Source: Clostridia bacterium (GTDB lineage: Bacteria; Bacillota; Clostridia; Oscillospirales; SIG627). From it: a stretch of 64,000 nt of DNA. Below the pieces are notes generated by a model. The model was not told the origin of the DNA, searched no databases, and worked only from the letters and a program-made list of their open reading frames with translations. Below, in pieces: positions 1 through 9,760 of this stretch. The stretch covers positions 130,627 to 194,626 of the forward strand of contig JAFSGN010000016.1 in NCBI GenBank assembly GCA_017440805.1, read 5' to 3'. The translations under genes and the position numbers were made by a program. The first letter of the stretch is position 1. Each line of letters opens with the position of its first letter.

Positions 1-995
1 CTATCGAAAAGGAAAACAGACGTTTTGTTGATTTAAAAACAATTCCTTCTTATGTAAAAATTTATGAAACACCTGAGGAATTGCTGGATGCACATCCCGA
101 TTTGGATGCAGTTGTTTTAACAGACTCAAACGATATGACATATAGTCAGTTTAAACTGTGCGCAGAAAGAGGAATAAAAAACCTTTTACTTATGAAAATC
201 CCTTCTATGAATATAGAAGAGTATGAAGAGATGCAACGTATAGCTAAAGAAAAAGAAATAATTATTCAGATTGAACTTGAATTGCTCAAAGACCAGACTG
301 TAAGACATATGAAACAATTGTACGATTCGGGTGCTATCGGCAAGTTGCTCTCAATTAATATTTCCAATACGACTGTTTGTCTTCCCCCGGAGTTAAAACC
401 ATGGGTGACTGACCCAAAACGAAGTTATGGCAGAGTATGTGAGCTTAGAAAAGGAGACGGACGATACAGAGGGGGATGTCTTACCGACCATCCTCACCCG
501 TTTTATTTGTCGAGATTTTTGGCTGATTCGGAGTTTGAAAGTATATATGCTGATGTATCTGAAAATTTCCGTGATGGCAGAATTGTCGAAGAAGGTGTAT
601 TTGTTATCGGAAAGATGAAAAACGGTGTCAGCGTTAGTATTGACCCGTCATATTCCCGCCATGAAAACAAATTGCCACCTATTTCACCCCCCGGACCGGG
701 TTGGGAAGGGTATCCAAAACGAGTTGAGACAGAAATTGTGCTGAACGGCGAAAAAGGAAGTATTTTTGGTGATTGCTTCCATTCCGGTGTATATCACACA
801 GGACTTCCGTATAATACTTTTGCGGTAGAATATCTTGGTGGAAGAAACCATTATACAACTATTTTGAATGCCTTTTATGATTCTGTTTTAAACAGAACTG
901 TACCGTATACAACATTAGATACGCATAAAAACAATATCATAGCATTGACAGCTTGCTATGAAAGTATTTACACAGGCAAAAAAATCATACTGTAA
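1..995 (+). CDS. Gfo/Idh/MocA-family NAD(P)-dependent oxidoreductase, 5'-truncated at window edge
   Basis: The frame is open from nt 3 (IEKENRRFVDLKTIPSYVKIYETPEELLDAHPDLDAVVLTDSND...), so tracked ORF 81..995 is only the tail of a longer gene. The EELL..P.LDAVV..T segment plus an alpha/beta C-terminal domain is typical of this family. Confidence 0.7.
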   Translation, partial: IEKENRRFVDLKTIPSYVKIYETPEELLDAHPDLDAVVLTDSNDMTYSQFKLCAERGIKNLLLMKIPSMNIEEYEEMQRIAKEKEIIIQIELELLKDQTVRHMKQLYDSGAIGKLLSINISNTTVCLPPELKPWVTDPKRSYGRVCELRKGDGRYRGGCLTDHPHPFYLSRFLADSEFESIYADVSENFRDGRIVEEGVFVIGKMKNGVSVSIDPSYSRHENKLPPISPPGPGWEGYPKRVETEIVLNGEKGSIFGDCFHSGVYHTGLPYNTFAVEYLGGRNHYTTILNAFYDSVLNRTVPYTTLDTHKNNIIALTACYESIYTGKKIIL

Positions 996-1010
996 AGGGA
1001 AGTGGATTAT

Positions 1011-2645
1011 ATGGATCATACATATGCAGTTCAGGTATGGACAGCCCCATCGACAAGAGGTTGTTTTAAAAATTCGGTTATGCAAGCGGGTGATACAAAA
1101 TCCTATGTTCTTGATGCGGCAAGAAATGAGCTTGTATCATTTCAGATTCTGTTGAGAAATGTTGCACAGTTGAAAGATGATGAGGACGGAAGAAATAATG
1201 CAGTAACCGTGTCTGGTGCAAAGGTCACTAAGACATCCGGAGAAGATTTTGATATTTCTTCTATAAGATTGCAGGCCCAGGAGTATATTTCATCATTTGC
1301 AGACGGCATTAGTTATCCTGATGCAATAGCAAACGGTTGTGCTTGTGAAATTGCAATGAATACTACTCAAGGATTTTGGGTGACATTTCCGATACCTGAA
1401 AATCAAAAACCCGGTGAATACCAATTTCATATAGAATTTGATACGAGTTTTGAAGTAGGTGTTTTTGCAGATGTAACACTTAATGTGCATAATGTTACTA
1501 TTCCGCCATCAATTTGTGGTGAGTATTCGGTAGAACATTTTACAACACCTGAAGCACAAATAATCATGGACCATTCGGGATATAACTGCAAAGCATTTGA
1601 TGAAAAATGGTGGCAGTTTATGGAGGAATATGCCAAGAGTTTGAAAGAATGCAGAAGTAATATATACAGATTGAATATTCTTCCGCTTCTCGGTGCTGCA
1701 GGAAGTAAGAGAGTAGCAAAAGATAAATGGGAATTTAATTTCACATATTTAAATAAAATGATTGCACTTTTGAAAAAAAATGGTGTTGCAAAAAAATTTG
1801 CTACAGATGATTTTCTTACACCCGTGGCTAAAGGTAATATATTTGCACTTTCAGAAACCGGAGAAATAATTGAAATTGATATAAATGAACCGGATGCAGA
1901 AATATGGGCTAAAGAATTTTTCACTGCGTTATATAATTATATAACAGAGAACAGTAGTGTTGATGATTGGATAATACACATTCAGGATGAACCCGTGAAT
2001 GAAAAGTTTTGGCTTTGGGCAAGAGAACTGATAAGAAAGTGTATGCCCGGAGTTAAATGTGGTAATCCGTTTACTACCGAAATTATTGGAAAGCTTGGAG
2101 ATAATGTAGAACTTTATGTTCCTGTTTTTTGGGCAGTAGAGGATAATCCAGAATTTTTCCAAAATCTTTTGGAAAAACCAAACAGGGAAGTTTGGGCTTA
2201 CTGTTGCTGTTCACCTTCCCAGTCATGGTATCTGAATCGTTTTATTGACCGTCCTCCGATACACAGCAGACTTATCGCATGGGCGACATATTCTCAGGGA
2301 TTCACCGGATTTTTACATTATGGATATAGCTATTGGCAGAAAACATCTCAATTTTATCCGTTTGGAATAGAAAAATATTCAGAGTATAAAGGTGACTGTA
2401 TGCTTATTTATCCCTCACCTGAGGATAATTCATATAAAATCTCGGTGCGATATATTAATATTCGCGATGGCGCACAGGATTACGAATTATTTAAAATAGC
2501 GGAACGGGCAGACAGTCAAAAAGCAAAAGAACTTTCAAAATCTATTGCGGAAAGATATACTGTTTTTGATATGGATGAAAAACATTTCATTAATGCTCGT
2601 CGTCAATTATTGTTACTTGCAGAAAGTTCAGTAATAGAAAAATAA
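1011..2645 (+). CDS. DUF4091-type (GH123-like) glycoside-hydrolase-domain protein
   Basis: The N-terminus (VWTAPSTRG...DAARNELVSFQILLRN) and C-terminus (VWAYCCCSP...NRFIDRP...GFLHYGYSYW...GDCMLIYP...IRDGAQDYELF) match the DUF4091 pattern. ATG 1011 is preferred over GTG 1002 because AAAGGGA lies 10 nt upstream of it. Confidence 0.7.
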   Translation: MDHTYAVQVWTAPSTRGCFKNSVMQAGDTKSYVLDAARNELVSFQILLRNVAQLKDDEDGRNNAVTVSGAKVTKTSGEDFDISSIRLQAQEYISSFADGISYPDAIANGCACEIAMNTTQGFWVTFPIPENQKPGEYQFHIEFDTSFEVGVFADVTLNVHNVTIPPSICGEYSVEHFTTPEAQIIMDHSGYNCKAFDEKWWQFMEEYAKSLKECRSNIYRLNILPLLGAAGSKRVAKDKWEFNFTYLNKMIALLKKNGVAKKFATDDFLTPVAKGNIFALSETGEIIEIDINEPDAEIWAKEFFTALYNYITENSSVDDWIIHIQDEPVNEKFWLWARELIRKCMPGVKCGNPFTTEIIGKLGDNVELYVPVFWAVEDNPEFFQNLLEKPNREVWAYCCCSPSQSWYLNRFIDRPPIHSRLIAWATYSQGFTGFLHYGYSYWQKTSQFYPFGIEKYSEYKGDCMLIYPSPEDNSYKISVRYINIRDGAQDYELFKIAERADSQKAKELSKSIAERYTVFDMDEKHFINARRQLLLLAESSVIEK

Positions 2646-2745
2646 TGAAAAACATCCATATATGTTGACAATGTGTGTTAAGAGAAACTAACATCTGGAA
2701 ATAAAAACATTTTTTACCATTAAAAACTGAATATAACACAAAGAA

Positions 2746-2782
2746 GTCATAACCACCGGTCTTGCCGGTGGTTATGACTTTT
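2746..2782. terminator. bidirectional intrinsic terminator between convergent genes
   Basis: A perfect 14-bp stem GTCATAACCACCGG/CCGGTGGTTATGAC has a 5-nt loop. T-runs follow it on both strands. Confidence 0.8.
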
Positions 2783-2800
2783 CTTTCTCTAAAAGTATTT

Positions 2801-3304
2801 TTATTGTCTGAAAATGTTTTTCTTTTCAAAAATTTTTATAATTATTATACCCAGAATTAAACCTGCAACGCCCTGAATGATATTCGGACCAATATTGACC
2901 GCAGAGGGAATAAATCCGTATAGGAAACCTTCAAATATAAAGTAACCCAGAACCATAATTATTTCCGAAATGACACCGCTTACAATTCTTGACATGAGAG
3001 GAGCAAGTTTCCCGGTTAAAAGTTTAAAAATGTAATATGCCGCAACCGCCATAATACCTTTTATAAAAAATGTTGCAGGCACATATATAAAATATCCCGA
3101 CAATGCATCTGCCAGAGCAGAACCTACCCCCGCCGCAATAAATGCATACAAAGGTGACATAACCCATCCGCAGAGAAGCACAATACAGTCGCCAAGATTT
3201 ATGTACCCGTTAAGAAGTGACGGTATTTTTATAATCATTGTTGCAACACACGCAATGGCTGCAAACATTGCTGATATAATTACTTTACGGATACGGTTTT
3301 TCAT
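2801..3304 (-). CDS. ECF-transporter S component (substrate unknown)
   Basis: The 167-aa protein has about 5-6 hydrophobic helices. NLGDCIVLLCGW...GVGSALADALSGYFIYVPATFFIKG is typical of ECF substrate-capture subunits. No A or T components lie nearby. Confidence 0.6.
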   Translation of the reverse strand: MKNRIRKVIISAMFAAIACVATMIIKIPSLLNGYINLGDCIVLLCGWVMSPLYAFIAAGVGSALADALSGYFIYVPATFFIKGIMAVAAYYIFKLLTGKLAPLMSRIVSGVISEIIMVLGYFIFEGFLYGFIPSAVNIGPNIIQGVAGLILGIIIIKIFEKKNIFRQ

Positions 3305-3342
3305 GTTTTAATTCCTCCTCAATTGCTTTTATCCTGAATACT

Positions 3343-4197
3343 TTATACAATGTCAACAAAATATGGTTTTCCGCTTTCAAACGCGGTGATATTCTTTACA
3401 CCCATTTTGTAAAGTATGCCGTATTGTTTATCTATGTCGTCTCCCACATTATCCAATGTGTGACTGTCGGATCCTACTGTCAGAAGTTTTCCACCCATAT
3501 CGATATAATACTGTACCATCCCGTCAAATGCCATGGAATTATTCATTCCCTGACGCCATCCGGAAGTATTAACTTCAAGTGCAATATCATTTTTTATGAG
3601 CAAATTAAAAATTTCCTTTGTAATTTTCATATATTTAGGGTCATACGGATTCAAAATACCGCCCAGACCGTTTCTTATGTAATATCTTATGGGGTAACCC
3701 AGATGTCCCAGTGTTGAAATACGGCCTATCCCCCACTTGATATGGTCAATTGTCTGGCAGAGATAATCCTCATAGTACTGAACAAGCAGCTGCCTGTCAA
3801 TATTGGGATAGTCCAGAATATAAAAATCAGGCACATCTACATTATTATGATAAGATGCTATGACATAGTCAAACTTGTTTTCTTTCAGTATCTGCTTTGC
3901 CTTTTCGGGCACCTGATGTGGCTGTCCGAGTTCAATTCCGCAAAGGACTTTAAGTTTTCCTTCATACGCCTTTTTCGCACGGATAATATCTCTACGACGG
4001 CTTTCAAAGTCAAGTCCCATTATAAAGCCTTGCTCAACGGTATTTATATCGTAATGGTCGGTAATGGCAATCTGAGTAAGGCCTTTTTTCAGTGCAGTCT
4101 CGCAAATGTCAAATATTCTGACCTGTTTATCAACACCGTAAACATCAAATGAATATTCGGAATGAATATGGTAATCAATCTTATTCTTAAAATCCAT
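3343..4197 (-). CDS. PHP-family histidinol-phosphatase-like phosphoesterase
   Basis: The N-terminal DYHIHSEYSFD and ITDHYD metal-binding motifs and a C-terminal GSDSH are present. An AGGAG RBS precedes the start. Confidence 0.7.
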   Translation of the reverse strand: MDFKNKIDYHIHSEYSFDVYGVDKQVRIFDICETALKKGLTQIAITDHYDINTVEQGFIMGLDFESRRRDIIRAKKAYEGKLKVLCGIELGQPHQVPEKAKQILKENKFDYVIASYHNNVDVPDFYILDYPNIDRQLLVQYYEDYLCQTIDHIKWGIGRISTLGHLGYPIRYYIRNGLGGILNPYDPKYMKITKEIFNLLIKNDIALEVNTSGWRQGMNNSMAFDGMVQYYIDMGGKLLTVGSDSHTLDNVGDDIDKQYGILYKMGVKNITAFESGKPYFVDIV

Positions 4198-4206
4198 ACC
4201 CTACTC

Positions 4207-5253
4207 CTATATTCTTTCTGTATATGTGAATTCATCCCAGGGAATATTTACAGGATTTTTCTGAGTTATTATCTCATCAATATGCAAAAGCAACGGGAAA
4301 TCCTTTTTACATAGAATGCCCTTTTGTATATTTATCTTTATCGCCCTTGCAACTCTTTCGGCAACCACAAGCGATTCCAGTGTTACACCGTTGAGTTTTT
4401 GTTTTGCCTGGTCAATATCAAAACCCTCTCCAAGCAGTATTCCCACAAGTCTTGTCCTTCCGCCGTAAACCGTAACATAAAGGTCGCCCGCACCCACACA
4501 GAGATTGTTGAGGGAAAGTGCCTTCTGAAAATCCAGGAGTTTATACATTTCACCCACAGCCTGACCGAAAATGGCCGCCTGGGAATTAAAGTGAAGTTGT
4601 TCGGAATTGAACTGCTTTTTGTTCAAACCAATAGTCAGAGCAATACCCAGAGCATATCCGTTTTTCAGTGCCACGGCACTTTCGATGCCTGTTACATCAT
4701 TGGTAATGCTTATATGATAATAGTCGGTTTGCATAACATTTCTGAGAAATTCAAGTGTTTCAAGATTTTCTCCGCAAAAAGAGACATGTGTCTGGTCGCA
4801 GGATACAAGTTCGTAACTTGTGCAGGGGCCGCCTATGGCATTAAGCGAAAGTTTTTTGCCGGACTTTTCAAGCATTTCGCTCCAGACCTGAGGATAAGTC
4901 AGAAGTCTGCCGTCAGGGGTATCCATAAGACCTTTTGTCACAGTCAGAACAGGTATATTTTCAGGTACCACTTTCAAAACATTTTCATAAAACCATTCAA
5001 CACCGAAACTGCTTACACCGCCGATAAGTATATCGGCACCCGAAAGAGCCTCGCTCAACTCTTCTATCTGATAATATTTAACCGTTTCGGGAAAATCTTT
5101 TTCAAACTTCGGATGTCTTGATGTCTTGCGGCAGGTATCTATTATTTCACGGTCAAGATGAGTACCTACCAATCTGACTTCATGTCCGTTGTCACTTGCA
5201 GGAAAAGCAAGTGCGGAACCCATCATGCCCGAACCAACTATTGTTACTACCAA
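4207..5253 (-). CDS. NAD(P)H-dependent glycerol-3-phosphate dehydrogenase family protein (GpsA paralogue-like)
   Basis: It has a Rossmann motif IVGSGMMGSALA, and TKGL, GGP and AVALKNGYA motifs collinear with GpsA. A TTG start follows AGGAG. Confidence 0.6.
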   Translation of the reverse strand: MVVTIVGSGMMGSALAFPASDNGHEVRLVGTHLDREIIDTCRKTSRHPKFEKDFPETVKYYQIEELSEALSGADILIGGVSSFGVEWFYENVLKVVPENIPVLTVTKGLMDTPDGRLLTYPQVWSEMLEKSGKKLSLNAIGGPCTSYELVSCDQTHVSFCGENLETLEFLRNVMQTDYYHISITNDVTGIESAVALKNGYALGIALTIGLNKKQFNSEQLHFNSQAAIFGQAVGEMYKLLDFQKALSLNNLCVGAGDLYVTVYGGRTRLVGILLGEGFDIDQAKQKLNGVTLESLVVAERVARAIKINIQKGILCKKDFPLLLHIDEIITQKNPVNIPWDEFTYTERI

Positions 5254-5326
5254 AAATAAATACTCCTGTTCCTGTAAATATTATTTGGGGCTGTAACATT
5301 TTAATGGCACAACCCCTAACACATTT

Positions 5327-5968
<642 letters not shown>

Positions 5969-6207
5969 TTATATATATTTTACTTTGTGCTCCGAGTAAA
6001 AAATTCATCTCCATAATTATACAACAAAAAAATTAATTTGTCTATATTTTAGAAAAATTTTTTACTTTTTTATTCGGCATTTATGTTCATAAAAATCGTG
6101 TTACCTCGTTTTTTACCATTTTTTGTTAATTTTGCGAAATTTGTTATGGTATTTTTTGTCAATTTATACAAAATTGGTAATTTATGGAAATTTTTATCGA
6201 AAATCTA

Positions 6208-6237
6208 TTGACAGTAATTGGTAAAATATGGTATTAT
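6208..6237 (+). promoter_or_regulatory. sigma-A-type promoter upstream of spo0A
   Basis: TTGACA, an 18-nt spacer, then TATTAT with an extended -10 TG (TGgTATTAT). It lies about 50 nt upstream of ATG 6285. Confidence 0.55.
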
Positions 6238-6284
6238 ATTGGTGCGATAAATAATTTTTGCGATTTGCAAGAAAGGAATACACT

Positions 6285-7043
6285 ATGAATATCAGAAACA
6301 AAATCAAAATTTTCATCTACGACACCTCCAGCGAATTTCGTCTTAACACTGCTCTTGACTTGAAGCACAGAGGCTATGATGTTGCAGGTGACTCAGGGGA
6401 CCCTGCGGAAACAATCACAAGAATTTTGCACAACCCGCCTGACCTTTTACTTCTTAATGTGTGGTTCAATTCCACAGACGAACTTAATATTATCAAGGAA
6501 CTTGCGCGTAAACTCGGCGACAAAGCACCCAAAACCATTCTTATTACAGGTGTTGACAACCGCCGTCTTATCGACCGTGCTTATGACGACGGAATTTCAA
6601 CCTGCATTTTACGCCCATACAGCATTGACTCTCTGTGCGAACGAATCAACCGTACCGTAAATATTGAAAAAGGCGAAGATTTCAATCTCGAATCCCATGT
6701 GACAAAAATAATACATCAAATCGGTGTACCTGCTCACATAAAAGGTTATCAGTATCTCAGAACCGCCATTATTATGGTGGCAAACAACAATCAGATTATT
6801 AACGAAGTGACAAAAACGCTCTATCCGTCAATTGCCCGTGAGTATGAAACCACCTCCTCAAGAGTTGAAAGAGCAATACGCCACGCAATTGAAGTTGCCT
6901 GGGACAGAGGCGATGTGGAAATTCTGGACTCATTCTTTGGTTATACGATTCATAAAAACAAGGGAAAACCTACAAATTCCGAATTTATTGCCATGATAGC
7001 AGACAGTCTGCGTCTTAAAATGCAATACAAAACTCTTGCATAA
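6285..7043 (+). CDS. spo0A: Spo0A-family sporulation transcription factor with a degenerate (pseudo-)receiver domain
   Basis: The C-terminal half carries the Spo0A-specific effector motifs [34 protein letters not shown] and [16 protein letters not shown] 6285 follows AAAGGAA. Receiver residues deviate (see findings). Confidence 0.88.
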   Translation: MNIRNKIKIFIYDTSSEFRLNTALDLKHRGYDVAGDSGDPAETITRILHNPPDLLLLNVWFNSTDELNIIKELARKLGDKAPKTILITGVDNRRLIDRAYDDGISTCILRPYSIDSLCERINRTVNIEKGEDFNLESHVTKIIHQIGVPAHIKGYQYLRTAIIMVANNNQIINEVTKTLYPSIAREYETTSSRVERAIRHAIEVAWDRGDVEILDSFFGYTIHKNKGKPTNSEFIAMIADSLRLKMQYKTLA

Positions 7044-7096
7044 CTCACCGTCTTGTGTTATAATGATACACACAAGTAATTTTTCAGGAGTATAAA

Positions 7097-7996
7097 TTGC
7101 GAAAAATTGAATTTACCATTCCCTGCGAATATGACGGAAAATCTGTGGGCAGTATACTTTCCGGAAAACTTGAGATTTCTTCTTCACTTCGCACAGTTCT
7201 CAGGCAGTCAGACGGTATTATGATTGACGGCATTCCGGTCACCACCAGACAACAGGTAAAAACAGGAGAGACACTTACAATATTAATCGGCGATTCTGTT
7301 TCCTCGCAAAACATAGTTCCCGTTGATATGCCCATAAAGATACTGTACGACGATTTAGATATTCTGGCTGTTTCAAAGCCAAAAAACATACCCATACATC
7401 CAAGTGCCGGTCACCATACAAACACTCTGGCAAACGGTGTGATGTATAAATTCCGGGATTCTCCTTTTGTCTTCCGCCCCATCACCCGCCTGGACCGCGA
7501 TACTACCGGGGTTGTCCTGATTGCAAAAAACAAACTCTCCGCCGCTATTCTGACACAACAGATGGCGGACAAAAAAATAAAAAAGACCTATACCGCACTT
7601 CTCAGTGCAACACCTCCGCACACAAACGGTACTGTTTGCAAACCTATAGGAAGGTGCAGTGACAGTATTATAAAGAGAAAAATTTCAAAAGACGGGAAAC
7701 CGGCTGTTACCCACTACCATGTAATAGCCAAAAACTCCGACGGTACCTGCGTGGTACAACTTAACCCTGTTACCGGAAGAACACATCAGATACGGGTACA
7801 TATGGCACACATCGGCTGTCCTCTGATGTACGATTTTCTGTACGGTACCGAGGTTGAAGGAAAAACCTTTGATTTGCACTGTGAATCGGTGGAATTTATC
7901 CATCCCTTCACAAAAAAGGAAATTAAAATATCCGATACAACACACCGGAAAGGAACACCATGTCAAACATTCATACATCAGCAGAACAACTTATAG
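7097..7996 (+). CDS. RluA-family 23S rRNA/tRNA pseudouridine synthase (RluD-like, with N-terminal S4 domain)
   Basis: Motifs are LAVSKPKNIPIHPS, the catalytic RLDRDTTGVVLIAKN, and TGRTHQIRVHMAHIGCPL. A TTG start follows AGGAG. Confidence 0.85.
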   Translation: MRKIEFTIPCEYDGKSVGSILSGKLEISSSLRTVLRQSDGIMIDGIPVTTRQQVKTGETLTILIGDSVSSQNIVPVDMPIKILYDDLDILAVSKPKNIPIHPSAGHHTNTLANGVMYKFRDSPFVFRPITRLDRDTTGVVLIAKNKLSAAILTQQMADKKIKKTYTALLSATPPHTNGTVCKPIGRCSDSIIKRKISKDGKPAVTHYHVIAKNSDGTCVVQLNPVTGRTHQIRVHMAHIGCPLMYDFLYGTEVEGKTFDLHCESVEFIHPFTKKEIKISDTTHRKGTPCQTFIHQQNNL

Positions 7997-8892
7997 GAAA
8001 CACACCGCTTCTTGAACTTACAGCCATTGAAAAGAAACTGGCTCTGAAAGCAAAAATATTTGCCAAACTGGAATTTTTTAATCCTGCAGGTTCTGTCAAG
8101 GACAGAGTAGCCAAGGCAATGATAGACGACGCAGAAAAATCAGGAGTACTCAAACCCGGGGCGGTTATAATAGAACCCACCTCCGGCAATACGGGAATAG
8201 GTCTTGCCTCGGTTGCGGCTTCGCGCGGCTATCGTGTTATAATAGTTATGCCAGACAGTATGTCGGTAGAACGCAGACAACTTATGACCGCATACGGTGC
8301 GGAACTTGTACTTACAGACGGAAAAAAAGGTATGTCAGGTGCTATCGAAAAGGCAGAAGAACTTGCAAAAGAAATTTCCGGAAGTTTTATACCCGGTCAA
8401 TTCTCCAATCCTGCAAACGCAAAAGTACATTTTGAAACAACCGGTCCCGAAATATATGATGACACCGACGGCAAAACAGATATTTTTGTGGCAGGCGTCG
8501 GCACGGGAGGCACTCTCACCGGAGTCGGTGAATACTTAAAAAGCAAAAATCCGTACATAAAAGTTGTGGCAGTCGAACCTGCTTCCTCACCTCTTCTTTC
8601 AAAAGGAACGGCAAACTCACATAAAATTCAGGGCATAGGTGCAAACTTCATACCCGATATTCTCAACACTGCCATTTATGACGAAATTTTTCCCGTTCAG
8701 GACAGCAATGCTTTTGAAATGTGTAAACTTATAGGAAAAAGCGAGGGTATTCTTGTGGGAATCTCCTCGGGTGCTGCCGCATACGCGGCAATTGAAATTG
8801 CAAAGAGAGATGAAAACACCGGAAAAAATATTGTTGTGATTTTCCCGGATACCGGCGACAGATACCTTTCAACCCCGGGTTTTTCTGATTAA
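7960..8892 (+). CDS. cysK: cysteine synthase A (O-acetylserine sulfhydrylase)
   Basis: IGNTPLLEL, the PLP lysine context NPAGSVKDR, TSGNTGIGLA and GISSGAA are present. The 5' end overlaps the preceding gene by 37 nt. Confidence 0.92.
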   Translation: MSNIHTSAEQLIGNTPLLELTAIEKKLALKAKIFAKLEFFNPAGSVKDRVAKAMIDDAEKSGVLKPGAVIIEPTSGNTGIGLASVAASRGYRVIIVMPDSMSVERRQLMTAYGAELVLTDGKKGMSGAIEKAEELAKEISGSFIPGQFSNPANAKVHFETTGPEIYDDTDGKTDIFVAGVGTGGTLTGVGEYLKSKNPYIKVVAVEPASSPLLSKGTANSHKIQGIGANFIPDILNTAIYDEIFPVQDSNAFEMCKLIGKSEGILVGISSGAAAYAAIEIAKRDENTGKNIVVIFPDTGDRYLSTPGFSD

Positions 8893-8925
8893 CATTATAT
8901 AAACATAAAAAACAGAAACAATAAT

Positions 8926-8963
8926 ATATGCCGCCCCAAGTATTTATCTTGCGGGCGGCATAT
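8926..8963 (+). terminator. putative intrinsic terminator after cysK
   Basis: An 11-bp stem ATATGCCGCCC/GGGCGGCATAT is present, but the downstream T-tract is weak. Confidence 0.55.
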
Positions 8964-9045
8964 TTCACATTTCTGCCTTTTATTAGGTTATTAACAGATA
9001 AAAAAACGGTACAGATACATTAAAAAGAGTACCTCTGCCATTGTA

Positions 9046-9074
9046 TTGACATTATGTGCGGTTTGTTGTATAAT
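9046..9074 (+). promoter_or_regulatory. consensus sigma-A promoter driving the riboswitch leader
   Basis: TTGACA, a 17-nt spacer, then TATAAT, all exact. Confidence 0.8.
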
Positions 9075-9084
9075 ATCACCGTAC

Positions 9085-9260
9085 AAAATGCCGAAGATAA
9101 AAATGAATATACAGCGAGGATTAAAATCAATATAGGGAAAGTGCGGTGAAAATCCGTCACAACAGTCATTACGGTGAAAGTCCGAATGCCTATCCGCTGT
9201 GAAAAGTCACTTTTCTCGGACATACGGAGAAAAAACAGTACAGTCAATGACTGTTTTTTT
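9085..9260 (+). ncRNA. cobalamin (B12) riboswitch
   Basis: The core string AATAGGGAAAGTGCGGTGAAAATCCGTCAC...AAGTCCGAATGCC resembles the conserved GGGAA/GGUGAAAAUCC elements and the B12-box. It lies between a consensus promoter and a terminator, upstream of a DUF4430-like lipoprotein and an ECF S component. This was recognised by eye, with no covariance-model score. Confidence 0.65.
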
Positions 9261-9294
9261 TGCGTACATTTTTGTACGCATTTTAATTTTTTTT
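9261..9294 (+). terminator. leader terminator (riboswitch expression platform)
   Basis: A 7-bp stem TGCGTAC/GTACGCA is followed by TTTTAATTTTTTTT. A weaker hairpin with T8 lies just before it, at 9240-9262. Confidence 0.6.
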
Positions 9295-9304
9295 GGAGGC
9301 TAAA

Positions 9305-9760
9305 ATGAAAAACAAATCACAACACATCATCAGAAAAACTCTTCCGTTCCTTCTCATTTTTTCAGTAATTTTCAGTGCAATTTTTCTGTTTTCATGTGAA
9401 AAGGAACAACCTGTTGTCATTAAGGATTCCGACACCTGCATTGTCATAATCCCCGACAGCAGTTACCTTGAGGGGAAAACAAAAGTACCGCTTATTGACT
9501 ATATGGAATATCTGAAAGGCAAGGGAGAACTTGACTACACTGCCGAAAACGGAATGATTACCTCCCTGAACGGTACGGAAAATCCGTCTGATTTCAGCAG
9601 TTGCTGGATGCTGTACACAAATGACCCGGACAACTCAAGCACTGCCTGGGGAACAATTGAATACAACGGCACTGTATGCGGTTCGGCTCTTACCGGAGCA
9701 GACACTGCAATAATAAAACCCGACGCCCTTTATATCTGGGTTTTCAAAGCCTTCAGTTAA
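9305..9760 (+). CDS. DUF4430-like secreted lipoprotein (transcobalamin-beta-domain-like, putative corrinoid binder)
   Basis: A signal peptide ends in the lipobox FLFSC. GMITSLNG...W.LYTN...G...IKPDALYIWVF fits the DUF4430 pattern. ATG 9305 follows GGAGG. Confidence 0.6.
   Translation: MKNKSQHIIRKTLPFLLIFSVIFSAIFLFSCEKEQPVVIKDSDTCIVIIPDSSYLEGKTKVPLIDYMEYLKGKGELDYTAENGMITSLNGTENPSDFSSCWMLYTNDPDNSSTAWGTIEYNGTVCGSALTGADTAIIKPDALYIWVFKAFS

Noticed and set aside
4324-5121. Long antisense ORFs opposite real genes. Examples are 4324-5121 opposite the gpsA-like gene, 1427-1924 opposite the DUF4091 gene, 26414-27073 and 27602-28078 opposite the ATPase, 28324-28998 opposite PiT, and 51448-52041 opposite glmS.
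   Set aside because: The opposite strand carries strongly motif-supported genes. The antisense translations are low-complexity or Cys/Arg/Phe-rich and lack RBSs. They are typical shadow ORFs.
6172-6231. A 16-nt direct repeat, AATTGGTAAtTtATGG and AATTGGTAAaAtATGG (14/16 identical), upstream of spo0A. I considered tandem promoters or Spo0A boxes.
   Set aside because: Only the downstream copy sits in a plausible promoter spacer. I found no TGTCGAA-type 0A box. AT-rich sequence makes such partial repeats likely by chance.
7960-7996. A 37-nt overlap between the pseudouridine synthase gene and cysK, considered as a possible frameshift or fusion.
   Set aside because: cysK has its own RBS (AAAGGAA) and a canonical N-terminus. 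The synthase tail after its last conserved motif looks like a non-conserved extension. An ordinary overlap is the simplest reading.
9020-9247. A 75-aa minus-strand ORF upstream of the DUF4430-like gene.
   Set aside because: It lies antisense to the promoter and cobalamin riboswitch leader, and it has no RBS.
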